Positions 27,382-36,326 of a stretch of 40,014 nucleotides of DNA are shown one piece after another. Position 1 is the stretch's first letter. Each line of letters starts with the position of its first letter. Both the position numbers and the translations under genes were made by a program. A model generated the notes under the pieces. That model made no database searches. It was not told where the DNA came from and saw only the letters and a program-made list of their open reading frames with translations. Source of the stretch: an uncultured Acidobacteriaceae bacterium. Lineage in GTDB: Bacteria; Acidobacteriota; Terriglobia; Terriglobales; Acidobacteriaceae. The stretch is taken from positions 1 through 40,014 of the forward strand of contig CAXUIF010000003.1 of the NCBI GenBank assembly GCA_964250995.1. The letters run 5' to 3'.

Positions 27382-28740
27382 TCACGACCTTCTGCTTCGT
27401 GCTTTTCGGCGACTCTCTGCCACAAGGTAGACCAGGCTTCCACTTACGCCGACCAACCCAGCAAACGCCGGCGCCGGAAGCGGGCCTACCTGCTCGTTGC
27501 GGGCCGCCCAGAGGGCGAACACGAGGAGAGCCGCCGGACCCGCGCCCGTAAAGAGCAAGACAGGGAGTCCGCCCGGGATGCGGAAGGGGCGCGGCAGGCC
27601 GGGCTCGCGGCGGCGCAGGACGGCGAGGGCGACAAACTCGAGCAGCAGCGACGCGCCGTAAAGGACGAGGTCGATGGAGATCAGCCGCTCGAAGCTGAAA
27701 CGAAGCGCAAGCGACCAGAGGACCGCGCAGGCAACGAGAGCGAACCACGGAGCGCCGCGGGCGTTGGTCCGGGCGAACAGACGCGGCAGCAAGGGCGGGT
27801 GATCGGGCGAGTCCTCGGCCATGGCGAACGGCACACGGGCATAGCTCATCATGAGCGGGTTCAACATGCCCACGCCGTTGATCATGCCCCCGGCAACGAC
27901 AGCCAGGGCGAGCCCGGGGCCGGCCAGGTTGCGGGCAGCGTCGGTCCACGCGCCGGTGCTGAACCGCGTGGGATCGAGGCCGGCGAGGGCCACGGCAAGC
28001 AGCGGCACAAGGTAGGTGAAGGTCACCAGCGCAATCGCGCCGAAGATCGCGCGAGGGTAGTTGCGCTGCGGATCTTCGACCTCCCCGGCCACGGTGGACG
28101 CATTGTCCCATCCCATGTAATTCCACATCGCGACGGAGATGGCACCGGGGAGGTCGCGACGGGTGGACATCGGTGCAAAGAGCGCGCCGGTGCCCTTGGC
28201 GTGCCAGTGCCAGAGAGCGGCCACTGTGAGGATGGCAAAGGGCGCGAGCAGGGCACAGAAAAGCAGGACGGCGCTGTTGCCCACCGAACTGGCGCCGCGC
28301 AGATTCCAGAGCAGGCAGGCGAGCACCACGGCCAGCGCCCATACGGTCCCGCGATAGCCGGCGGTCCAGGCGGGCGCAAAGCGGCTCAGGTACAGCACAA
28401 AGGTGACGGGGTAGATGGCCATGTCGAAGACGCTGGCGGCGAGCGAGAGCCAGGCCTCCTGAAACCCCCAGAACCTACCAAGTGCGCGATAAACCCAGAC
28501 ATAGTAGCCGCCTTCGGCCGGCAGCGCGCTGGCAAGCTCGCCAAGCATCAGCCCAGTGGGGAGACTCCAAAGCAGGGGCACGAGCAGGAGAATGACGACC
28601 GCGTGGGCGTAGCCTGCTTTCCCGATCACGTCTTCCAGCCCATAGGGACCGCCGGAGACCATGAAGTAGGTAGCGGCAATCAGGGGGACAAGGCGCAACT
28701 TGCGCTTAGGGATCGAGGTGAGACCTCCGTGCCTCGGCAT
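27382..28740 (-). CDS. APC-family amino acid/polyamine permease
   Basis: About 12 TM helices. YFMVSGGPYGLED, ELASALP.EGGYYVWV, WNYMGWDNASTVAGEV..PQRNYP, RPFRIPGG. Confidence 0.9.
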   Translation of the reverse strand: MPRHGGLTSIPKRKLRLVPLIAATYFMVSGGPYGLEDVIGKAGYAHAVVILLLVPLLWSLPTGLMLGELASALPAEGGYYVWVYRALGRFWGFQEAWLSLAASVFDMAIYPVTFVLYLSRFAPAWTAGYRGTVWALAVVLACLLWNLRGASSVGNSAVLLFCALLAPFAILTVAALWHWHAKGTGALFAPMSTRRDLPGAISVAMWNYMGWDNASTVAGEVEDPQRNYPRAIFGAIALVTFTYLVPLLAVALAGLDPTRFSTGAWTDAARNLAGPGLALAVVAGGMINGVGMLNPLMMSYARVPFAMAEDSPDHPPLLPRLFARTNARGAPWFALVACAVLWSLALRFSFERLISIDLVLYGASLLLEFVALAVLRRREPGLPRPFRIPGGLPVLLFTGAGPAALLVFALWAARNEQVGPLPAPAFAGLVGVSGSLVYLVAESRRKARSRRS

Positions 28741-28787
28741 TTGGGGTGCGGCGACATTAGTGAATCACGAATCACGGGTCACCCGCG

Positions 28788-30281
28788 TCACAAGAGCTTG
28801 TACGCTGCGTCGTTCCAGCGGAGCTCGTTGCGGAACATGGGGATGCGGGTTTGGGCGTCGATGGTGACAAACTCAATGCCGGCAATTTCCGCAAAGTCGC
28901 GAAGGTGTTCCGTGGTGAGGGCCTGCGAGAACCCCGTGTGATGCGCACCGCCGGCGTAGATCCAGGCCGTGGCGGCCACCTTGAGATTGGGCCTGGGGAG
29001 CCACAGGGTGCGCGCTACCGGGAGCCTTGGGAGTTCGTGCTCGGGGGTGACCACGTCGATCTCGTTGACGATCATGCGAAAGCGGCTGCCCATATCAATC
29101 ACGGACGCGACGACCGCGGGGCCGGCGGGGGAGGTGAAGACCAGGCGGACCGGGTCTGCCTTGCCGCCAATGCCGAGCGGGTGGACCTCAAGGGAAGGCT
29201 TCACATGGGGCATGGCGATGGTGGGGCAGATCTCGAGCATGTGCGATCCGAGAACTTTAGAGTCGGCGGGGCCGCCGAGGTCGTAGGTGTAGTCCTCCAT
29301 GAAGCTGGTGCCGCCGGGCAGCCCCCGCGCCATGCACTTCATGATGCGGACGAGCGCGGCCGTCTTCCAGTCCCCTTCCCCGCCGAAGCCGAAGCCGGAG
29401 GCCATAAGGCGTTGGGTGGCGATACCCGGAAGCTGGCCAAGGCCGTGAAGGTCTTCAAAGGTGTCGGTAAAGGCGCCAAAGCCGCCTTCGGTGAGAAAGG
29501 CGCGCAGGCCGAGCTCGATGCGAGCGGCGACGGCGAGGGACTCTGGGCGTTCGTGCGCCTTGCTGATCGTGTACTGCTCCCGGTACTCGGCTACGAGCTG
29601 CTGGACCTCGGCGTCGGAGACGTGCTGCATGCGCTCGACAAGGTCGCCGACCCCGTAGCCGTTGACCTGGTAGCCGAAGACACGTTGGGCTTCGACCTTG
29701 TCGCCTTCCGTGACGGCGACGTTGCGCATGTTGTCGCCGAAGCGGGCCACCTTGAGGTGCTGCGACTCATGCCAGCCGAGCGCGGCACGGGTCCAGGTGG
29801 CGATCTCCTGAACCGTGTCGGGGTCCTTCCAGTAGCCGGCAACGACCTTGCGCGGCAGGCGAAGGCGCGCGGTAAGGAAGCCGAACTCGCGATCGCCGTG
29901 GGCGGCCTGGTTCAGGTTCATGAAGTCCATGTCGATGGTGCCGTAAGGCAGCCTGTCGTTGGCCTGGGTATGCAGATGGAGAAACGGTTTGCGCAGCGCG
30001 GTCAGGCCGGCCATCCACATCTTGGCGGGCGAAAAGGTGTGCATCCAGAGCATGAGACCGAGGCAGGCCTCGGTGTTGTTGGCCTCGCGGCACACAGCGA
30101 GGATCTCGTCCGCGGTCTTGACGACGGGCTTCCACACGATGCGTACCGCGATGGTGGGGTCGAGGTCGAGTGATTGAGCTATGGCGCGGGAGTTGGTGGC
30201 CACCTGCTCGAGGGTTTCGCGGCCGTAGAGGTGTTGGCTGCCGGTGATGAACCAGATCTCGGGCGTGTCTGTAAGGCTCAT
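28788..30281 (-). CDS. araA: L-arabinose isomerase
   Basis: [61 protein letters not shown]. Confidence 0.98.
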   Translation of the reverse strand: MSLTDTPEIWFITGSQHLYGRETLEQVATNSRAIAQSLDLDPTIAVRIVWKPVVKTADEILAVCREANNTEACLGLMLWMHTFSPAKMWMAGLTALRKPFLHLHTQANDRLPYGTIDMDFMNLNQAAHGDREFGFLTARLRLPRKVVAGYWKDPDTVQEIATWTRAALGWHESQHLKVARFGDNMRNVAVTEGDKVEAQRVFGYQVNGYGVGDLVERMQHVSDAEVQQLVAEYREQYTISKAHERPESLAVAARIELGLRAFLTEGGFGAFTDTFEDLHGLGQLPGIATQRLMASGFGFGGEGDWKTAALVRIMKCMARGLPGGTSFMEDYTYDLGGPADSKVLGSHMLEICPTIAMPHVKPSLEVHPLGIGGKADPVRLVFTSPAGPAVVASVIDMGSRFRMIVNEIDVVTPEHELPRLPVARTLWLPRPNLKVAATAWIYAGGAHHTGFSQALTTEHLRDFAEIAGIEFVTIDAQTRIPMFRNELRWNDAAYKLL

Positions 30282-30329
30282 GAGGATGGGGAACTCCTTG
30301 CCAAGGTGTGTACGTATAGAAGGTACATG

Positions 30330-30343
30330 AGTAAACGATTACA
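30330..30343. promoter_or_regulatory. LacI-family operator upstream of araA
   Basis: AGTAAACGATTACA (reverse TGTAATCGTTTACT), CG-centred pseudo-palindrome. Confidence 0.65.
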
Positions 30344-30431
30344 CGGTCGTCTGTACGCGGTTCAGAGTTGCGTGAGTCAAGCCAGAGTGGCACTGCAGCC
30401 GAGCTATTATGAAGCGAGAGTGAGGTGAAGC

Positions 30432-30689
30432 GTGAGTAACTTTTCTTCAAAAGATCTAGCCGCCCTGATACTTATGTCCGCGCCATTGATCGTTCTAGGG
30501 TTGCTGGCCGCGTGGCAGTTGCCGGAATGGTTTCGACTCACAAATCTGCTAAGCTACCGCGCCTTCTCCCAACCCAGATGGATTTACGCTTCAGTTCTCA
30601 TGGCTGTTTACGCGAGTGTCGGGTTTCTTGCTGGGCTTACGACGACGAGAGCAGCTGAAGAACTTTTGAATCGCGCTGGTCTGAGGTAA
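30432..30689 (+). CDS. Small membrane protein, two hydrophobic segments
   Basis: GAGGTG RBS before GTG. Lower GC than flanking genes. Confidence 0.5.
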   Translation: MSNFSSKDLAALILMSAPLIVLGLLAAWQLPEWFRLTNLLSYRAFSQPRWIYASVLMAVYASVGFLAGLTTTRAAEELLNRAGLR

Positions 30690-30707
30690 GTCAGGTCTGA
30701 CGATTCT

Positions 30708-30739
30708 GCGCTCTGGGTCCGGATTTTGGACCCGGGCGT
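30708..30739. repeat. Hairpin / REP-like palindrome
   Basis: gcgc(t)ctgggtcc-ggatttt-ggacccgg-gcgt, just after the 30432-30689 ORF. Confidence 0.4.
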
Positions 30740-30899
30740 CTCGTTAGGGGCTTTTGGTCACTCACACCGTGGTCGCTGGGGACTGGACCATTCGCCCTCC
30801 GGCATGGCTCGCAATCTGTGAGGCGCCGAAATGCTGATCTGTTTCAACGTGCCTGCACTTCAGTCGGAGATTACAACGTAGCGCCGCGAAATCAGCTTT

Positions 30900-30943
30900 T
30901 TGGCAAGGACGGCCAGGGTGCGGTAGCTTTGTAAGCGCTTTCA
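30900..30943 (+). promoter_or_regulatory. Putative promoter and LacI operator upstream of GH51
   Basis: TTGGCA-N18-TAGCTT followed directly by near-perfect palindrome TGTAAGCGCTTTCA (30930-30943). Confidence 0.75.
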
Positions 30944-30992
30944 GAAATTTGGCTGTATTGCTGCCTGAACCTTTGCTCCGGAGTGTTGATGT

Positions 30993-32945
30993 ATGAGCTG
31001 CCTGTCTCGTCTCTTTGCCACTTGCCTTGGTCGTGCTTGTTTTCGTGCCGGAGCTGTTGCTGTCGCGCTCGGCCCTGCCCTGGCGGGTGTGGCGCAGGTT
31101 GAGACAGGATCGGCGCAGTTGACGATCTCACCGATGGAGATTGTGTCCCCGGTGAGCCCGATGCTTTACGGCATGATGACCGAAGAGATCAATCATGCGT
31201 TCGAAGGTGGGCTGTATGCGGAGATGGTGCAGAACCGAACCTTTCGCGGAACGTGGGACGGCGTGGCCCATTGGGATTTGGTGCGCCACGGCGAGGCGAA
31301 CGCCACGATGCACCTGGACAAGAACGAGGGCCCGAGCAAGGCGCTGCCGACGAGCCTGAAGCTGACCGTGACGGCGGCTTCGGCGGGCAATGAGGCGGGG
31401 CTTAGCAACACGGGCTACTGGGGCATGGGCTTGAAGCCGCATACGGCCTATCGCGGTTCGTTCTTTGCAAAGACCGACAGTAGGGCGCCGGTGAGGGCGC
31501 AGTTGGTGAGCGATACGACCGGGGCTGTGCTCGCGGAGGCTACGGTCCCTGTGCATGCCGGCGCTTGGTCGCGCTATGAGTACACGATGACGACGGGCGC
31601 TGTGCCGGCTTCCTCGGCAAACCACCTGCAGTTGCTGGTCGCGCAGCCAGGCACGATCGCGTTTCAACTGGTGTCGTTGTTTCCGCCGACCTTCGACAAC
31701 CAAGCGAATGGCTTTCGACCGGACCTGATGGAGAAGATGGCGGGGCTGCATCCGCACTTCTTGCGCCTGCCGGGTGGCAACTACCTTGAAGGCGACACGC
31801 TGAAGGACTGGTTCAACTGGAAGGAGACCATCGGTCCGCTGGTGGACCGGCCGGGACACCAGGCGCCGTGGACGTACTGGTCGACCGACGGCATGGGACT
31901 GCTCGAAATGCTGCAGTGGACGGAAGACCTGCACATTGAGCCGGTACTGGCGGTGTATGCGGGCTACGCGCTCCGGGGCGTGCATGTGAACCCGGGCGCG
32001 GACCTGGAGCCGTATGTGCAGGCAGCCATCGACGAGGTGGAATATGTGACCGGCGACACGAGCACAAAGTGGGGGGCCGAGCGCGCCAGGGATGGGCATC
32101 CCGCGCCGTTTCCGCTGCGTTATATCGAAATCGGCAACGAGGACTGGTTCGATAAATCGGGCAGCTACGATGCGCGCTTCGCGCAGATCGCGCAGGCTTT
32201 GCGCAAGAAGTACGGAACGAAGTATCAGCTGATTGCGACCACGCCGGTGAAAGAAGGCGCGGCGGATGCGCAGCCCGATGTGCTGGACGATCACTACTAC
32301 AAGCCGGTGGGCGAGATGCTGGACTTTACGCACCACTACGACAACGCGCCCCGCACGGGGCCGAAGATCTTTGTGGGCGAGTGGGCAACGTTGAGCGGGA
32401 CGCCGACGCCGAACTTCGGTGGCGCGCTCGCCGACGCGGCCTTTATGACGTCGATGGAGCGCAACAGCGATCTGATCATCATGGCGAGCTATGCGCCGCT
32501 GTTTATCAATGTGAACCCCGGCGCGGGCCAGTGGTACACCAACCTGATCGGCTATGACGCGAGCACAAGCTACGGTTCCCCCAGCTATTGGGCGCAGAGT
32601 ATGTTCGGCGCGCATATCGGCGATGGCACCCCGAAGAGCACGGTAACGGGAGCGGGCGAGCGGTTTTCCTATGCGGCGAGTGTGGGATCAAAGGACCACG
32701 TGCTGCACCTGAAGTTGGTGAACGCTTCTACCGAGGCGCAGCCATTGGCGATCCATTTACAGGGCGCGAGCGCGGAAGCGGCGAGCGTGAACAGCTTGCA
32801 TGCGGCAACGTACGAGGCGACGAACTCGATCGATCACCCTGATCTCATTCACCCAGTGAGTTCGACCGTGACAGTGGGCCGTGATCCCTGGCAGCATACG
32901 GTGCCGCCGCTCACCATCGAGGTGATCGATGTTCCGTTGCGGTAG
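30993..32945 (+). CDS. Secreted alpha-L-arabinofuranosidase, GH51
   Basis: YGMMTEEINHAFEGGLYAE, FLRLPGGNYLEG, IEIGNE, IFVGEWA, ERNSDLIIMASYAPLF. Confidence 0.93.
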   Translation: MSCLSRLFATCLGRACFRAGAVAVALGPALAGVAQVETGSAQLTISPMEIVSPVSPMLYGMMTEEINHAFEGGLYAEMVQNRTFRGTWDGVAHWDLVRHGEANATMHLDKNEGPSKALPTSLKLTVTAASAGNEAGLSNTGYWGMGLKPHTAYRGSFFAKTDSRAPVRAQLVSDTTGAVLAEATVPVHAGAWSRYEYTMTTGAVPASSANHLQLLVAQPGTIAFQLVSLFPPTFDNQANGFRPDLMEKMAGLHPHFLRLPGGNYLEGDTLKDWFNWKETIGPLVDRPGHQAPWTYWSTDGMGLLEMLQWTEDLHIEPVLAVYAGYALRGVHVNPGADLEPYVQAAIDEVEYVTGDTSTKWGAERARDGHPAPFPLRYIEIGNEDWFDKSGSYDARFAQIAQALRKKYGTKYQLIATTPVKEGAADAQPDVLDDHYYKPVGEMLDFTHHYDNAPRTGPKIFVGEWATLSGTPTPNFGGALADAAFMTSMERNSDLIIMASYAPLFINVNPGAGQWYTNLIGYDASTSYGSPSYWAQSMFGAHIGDGTPKSTVTGAGERFSYAASVGSKDHVLHLKLVNASTEAQPLAIHLQGASAEAASVNSLHAATYEATNSIDHPDLIHPVSSTVTVGRDPWQHTVPPLTIEVIDVPLR

Positions 32946-33978
32946 GGTGCTTTCGATCGGTGTCGGGCTTGCCTTGCTGCTCGCACGCGCACACGCTCAG
33001 CAGGCGCTTACGCTGTCAGGTGACTTTCCCTTGACGCACGATCCCTCGATCGCGAAGGACGGGACGACGTACTACGTGTTCGCTACCGGCAAGGCGCCCC
33101 ATGGCGGACAGTTCCCCATTCGCTGCTCGCCGGATCTGCACACCTGGACGTTGTGTGGGCATGTGTTCGACGCGATCCCGCGCTGGGTACGCGAGCGCAG
33201 CCCCGGAACAGAGGAACTGTGGGCCCCGGACATCTCGTTTGAGCATGGTGAATATCGCCTGTACTACGCCTATTCGCTCTTCGGCGTGAACACCTCAGGC
33301 ATCGGCCTGGCAACGAACAAGACCCTCGATCCCCACCGCCCGGACTACAAGTGGGTCGACAAGGGTCTGGTGTTTGCGTCGAAGGCGGGAGACGACTTCA
33401 ACGCGATCGATCCGAACTACGTCGAGGATGCAGATGGCGGGGCGTGGCTGGCCTTTGGCAGCTTTTGGAGCGGGATCAAGATGCGCAGGCTCGACGCCGC
33501 CAACGGGATGCTGTCCACAAGCGACACGACGCTGTATTCGCTGGCCAGCCGCACCAAGCCGAACCCTGTGCCGCCACAGAAGTTCGACCCGGCGCACCCC
33601 GTGCTGCCGCCCGACTGGACAGCGGTGGAGGCTCCCTTCATCGTGCGCCATGACGGCTTCTACTATCTGTTTGTGTCGTGGGATCTGTGCTGCCGCGGCA
33701 CACGGAGCACCTATCGGACGATGGTGGGGCGCGCGGAACGGATAACAGGGCCTTACCTGGACAGAAGCGGCCAAGCCATGGCGAAGGGCGGCGGAACGCC
33801 GTTGCTGGGGGCGAACCGCCGATGGCTGGGCCCGGGCGGTGCCTCCGTGCTGGAGGACAAGGGCCAGGATTTGCTAGTGTTTCATGCCTACGACGCCGTC
33901 ACCGGGCGACCGGCGTTGCAGATCTCCACGCTGGCGTGGAAGGACGACTGGCCCGAGGCAAAACTGGCGGAAAAGTAG
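32929..33978 (+). CDS. Secreted endo-1,5-alpha-L-arabinanase, GH43
   Basis: HDPS, LWAPDI, NAIDP, AFGSFWSGIK, VEAPFI, DLCCRG..STY, FHAYD. Confidence 0.92.
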   Translation: MFRCGRVLSIGVGLALLLARAHAQQALTLSGDFPLTHDPSIAKDGTTYYVFATGKAPHGGQFPIRCSPDLHTWTLCGHVFDAIPRWVRERSPGTEELWAPDISFEHGEYRLYYAYSLFGVNTSGIGLATNKTLDPHRPDYKWVDKGLVFASKAGDDFNAIDPNYVEDADGGAWLAFGSFWSGIKMRRLDAANGMLSTSDTTLYSLASRTKPNPVPPQKFDPAHPVLPPDWTAVEAPFIVRHDGFYYLFVSWDLCCRGTRSTYRTMVGRAERITGPYLDRSGQAMAKGGGTPLLGANRRWLGPGGASVLEDKGQDLLVFHAYDAVTGRPALQISTLAWKDDWPEAKLAEK

Positions 33979-34051
33979 GCCCCTGCAGCGGCGGATGGGC
34001 TGAAGCGCTGAAATCTTCCGCCTGGACGCAGAGTTCCGGCATGATAGACGC

Positions 34052-35065
34052 ATGAACATCATGGCGGTTGCCCGGCGAGCCCGGGTCTCGACGGCAACCG
34101 TATCCCGCGTGATCAATGGGACGGCGTTTGTCGCACCGGACACGGCCGAGCGTGTGCGCGATGCCATTACAGCGCTGAACTTCTTTCCCGATGTGAACGC
34201 GCGCACGCTGGGTTCCGGCCGCAGCGGCATGTATGGCCTCATCATCTCGGACATCACCAACCCCTACTTCCCTGAGTTGGTGAAGGCCTTTGAGGATATC
34301 GCGGTCGAGCACCACCAGGAGGTGCTGATCGCGAACACTAACTATGATCCTAAGCGAATGGAGATGTGCGTCACGCGCATGCTGCAACGCAAGGTGGACG
34401 GGGTAGCCATTATGACCTCGGAGATGGGCGAGCACCTGGTGCACAGCCTGTCGCGGCGACAGATCCCCATGGTCTTCATGGATACGCCAGTGTCCACCCC
34501 CAACGCGAGCGTCGTGCGGGTGGACTACGAGGCCGGGGTGCAGGCAGCCATGCAGCACCTGTTCGACCTGGGGCATCGCGACATCGCCTTCATCAGCGGG
34601 CCCCTTTCGCTTGGATCCGCGGCCGTACGTGCGGCAGCGTTCCGGCGCGCCCTGGAGCAGCACGGGGTGGCGCGAACCAGCGCGCCGGCGTGGACCCAGG
34701 AAGGCGACCACCGGGTGGAGGGTGGGCACCATGCGATGCAGCGGATCCTGCGCGCGGGCGGTCGGCTGCCGACGGCGGTGCTGACCTCCAACGATCTCAC
34801 CGCGATCGGCGCCATGGGCGCGATTCATGAGGTGGGCTTGCGCATCCCGGAAGACATCTCCGTGGTGGGCTTCGACGGCATTGAGCTGAGTGCCTACACC
34901 CAGCCTGCGCTCACCACGCTGGTGGTGTCGCGCAGCGAGTTGGCCGCGCAGGCGTTCCGCAATCTGCTCTGGCACAAAGACGACACGGCGAAGAAGGTGC
35001 CCTTGCAGGAGCATGTGATTGAGCCGCGGTTGCTGGTACGGCAGAGCACGGCGCCGCCGCGCTGA
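34052..35065 (+). CDS. LacI-family transcriptional regulator
   Basis: VARRARVSTATVSRVIN HTH, hinge ARTL, NPYF, LGHRDIAFI, IPEDISVVGFD, PALTT. Preceded by CATGAT-N6-ATG. Confidence 0.96.
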   Translation: MNIMAVARRARVSTATVSRVINGTAFVAPDTAERVRDAITALNFFPDVNARTLGSGRSGMYGLIISDITNPYFPELVKAFEDIAVEHHQEVLIANTNYDPKRMEMCVTRMLQRKVDGVAIMTSEMGEHLVHSLSRRQIPMVFMDTPVSTPNASVVRVDYEAGVQAAMQHLFDLGHRDIAFISGPLSLGSAAVRAAAFRRALEQHGVARTSAPAWTQEGDHRVEGGHHAMQRILRAGGRLPTAVLTSNDLTAIGAMGAIHEVGLRIPEDISVVGFDGIELSAYTQPALTTLVVSRSELAAQAFRNLLWHKDDTAKKVPLQEHVIEPRLLVRQSTAPPR

Positions 35066-35088
35066 GGGGAGGCCCAGGCCAGCCGTGT

Positions 35089-35102
35089 TGTAAGCGGTTG
35101 CA
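35089..35102. promoter_or_regulatory. LacI-family operator upstream of the GH5-like gene
   Basis: TGTAAGCGGTTGCA. Confidence 0.7.
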
Positions 35103-35158
35103 CCCAGCACGTTCCTTGGTGCATGCTGGAGTTCGTCCGGCCCGTACAAGGAGATTCG

Positions 35159-36310
35159 ATGAAAGCGCCCCTGGTCTTGTCTGTCCTGCTGTTGGCTGCT
35201 GTTGGAGCAGCGCAAACGCCCGAGACGGGCGGACGCTGGAGCGAGGCCAAGGCGCAGGCCTGGTACGACAAACAGCCCTGGCTGGTAGGCGCAAACTTCA
35301 TCCCGTCGGATGCGATCAACGAACTCGAGATGTTTCAGCCGGCGACCTTTAACCCGGCGCTCAACGATAAAGAGCTCGGTATGGGCGAAGCGATCGGCAT
35401 GAACACGATGCGCGTGTTCTTGCAGGACCAGCTTTGGCTCAGCGATCCCAAAGGCTTTCAGAAGCGTCTGGATGCGTTTCTCACCATCGCCGCCCGGCAT
35501 CACATCCGGCCGCTGCTGGTGTTGTTCGATTCGTGCTGGGAGCCCAATCCGCACCTTGGACCGCAGCACCCGCCGATCCCCGGCGTGCACAACTCCGGCT
35601 GGGTGCAGAGCCCGGGCAAGGAGCGATTGCTGGACACCGCCGATGAGCCGCAGCTGAAGGCGTATGTGGAAGGCGTGGTGGGCGCGTTTGCCAAGGATGA
35701 TCGCATTCTGGGCTGGGATGTGTGGAACGAGCCCGACAACAAGGGCGGTGACCGCGTAGAGGATGAAGCCGCTAAAGTGCGGCGTGTGGACGAGCTGCTG
35801 CCCAAGGTCTTCATGTGGGCGCGGGCCGCCCACCCAACGCAGCCGTTGACCAGCGGCGTTTGGCAGGGGGACTGGAGCCATCCGGAAAAGGAAAGCGCAA
35901 CCACCAAGATTCAATTGGCAGAGTCCGATGTGATCTCCTTCCATGACTACGAGTGGCCGGAGGGCTTTGAAGGCCGCATCCATGAGCTCGAGCCGCTGCA
36001 CCGGCCGCTGATCTGCACGGAATACATGGCGCGCGGTAACGGCAGCACGTTCGATACGATCCTGCCGCTGGCGAAGAAGTACCACGTGGCGGCGATCAAC
36101 TGGGGGCTGGTGGCAGGCAAGACGCAGACGTACCTGCCGTGGGACTCCTGGGAGCGCCCTTATGTGTTGCTGAAGCCGACCGTGTGGTTTCACGAGGTGT
36201 TCAAGCAGGACGACACGCCCTACCGGCAGCGCGAGGTCGATCTGATTCGTGAGCTCACCGGCCGTGGCACCCCGGGCACGGGCGCGGCAACAAGTGCCGG
36301 CTCCGAGTAG
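35159..36310 (+). CDS. Secreted clan GH-A (GH5-like) glycoside hydrolase
   Basis: AAGGAG RBS before MKAPLV. NTMRVF, WDVWNEP (acid/base), ISFHDY, ICTEY (nucleophile), NWG. Confidence 0.88.
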   Translation: MKAPLVLSVLLLAAVGAAQTPETGGRWSEAKAQAWYDKQPWLVGANFIPSDAINELEMFQPATFNPALNDKELGMGEAIGMNTMRVFLQDQLWLSDPKGFQKRLDAFLTIAARHHIRPLLVLFDSCWEPNPHLGPQHPPIPGVHNSGWVQSPGKERLLDTADEPQLKAYVEGVVGAFAKDDRILGWDVWNEPDNKGGDRVEDEAAKVRRVDELLPKVFMWARAAHPTQPLTSGVWQGDWSHPEKESATTKIQLAESDVISFHDYEWPEGFEGRIHELEPLHRPLICTEYMARGNGSTFDTILPLAKKYHVAAINWGLVAGKTQTYLPWDSWERPYVLLKPTVWFHEVFKQDDTPYRQREVDLIRELTGRGTPGTGAATSAGSE

Positions 36311-36326
36311 GCTCGTCAAACAAGCA

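Noticed and set aside
34000-34013. Autoregulatory operator before lacI (ctgAAGCGCTgaaa)
   Set aside because: Only the core matches; the TGT and TnCA flanks are missing.
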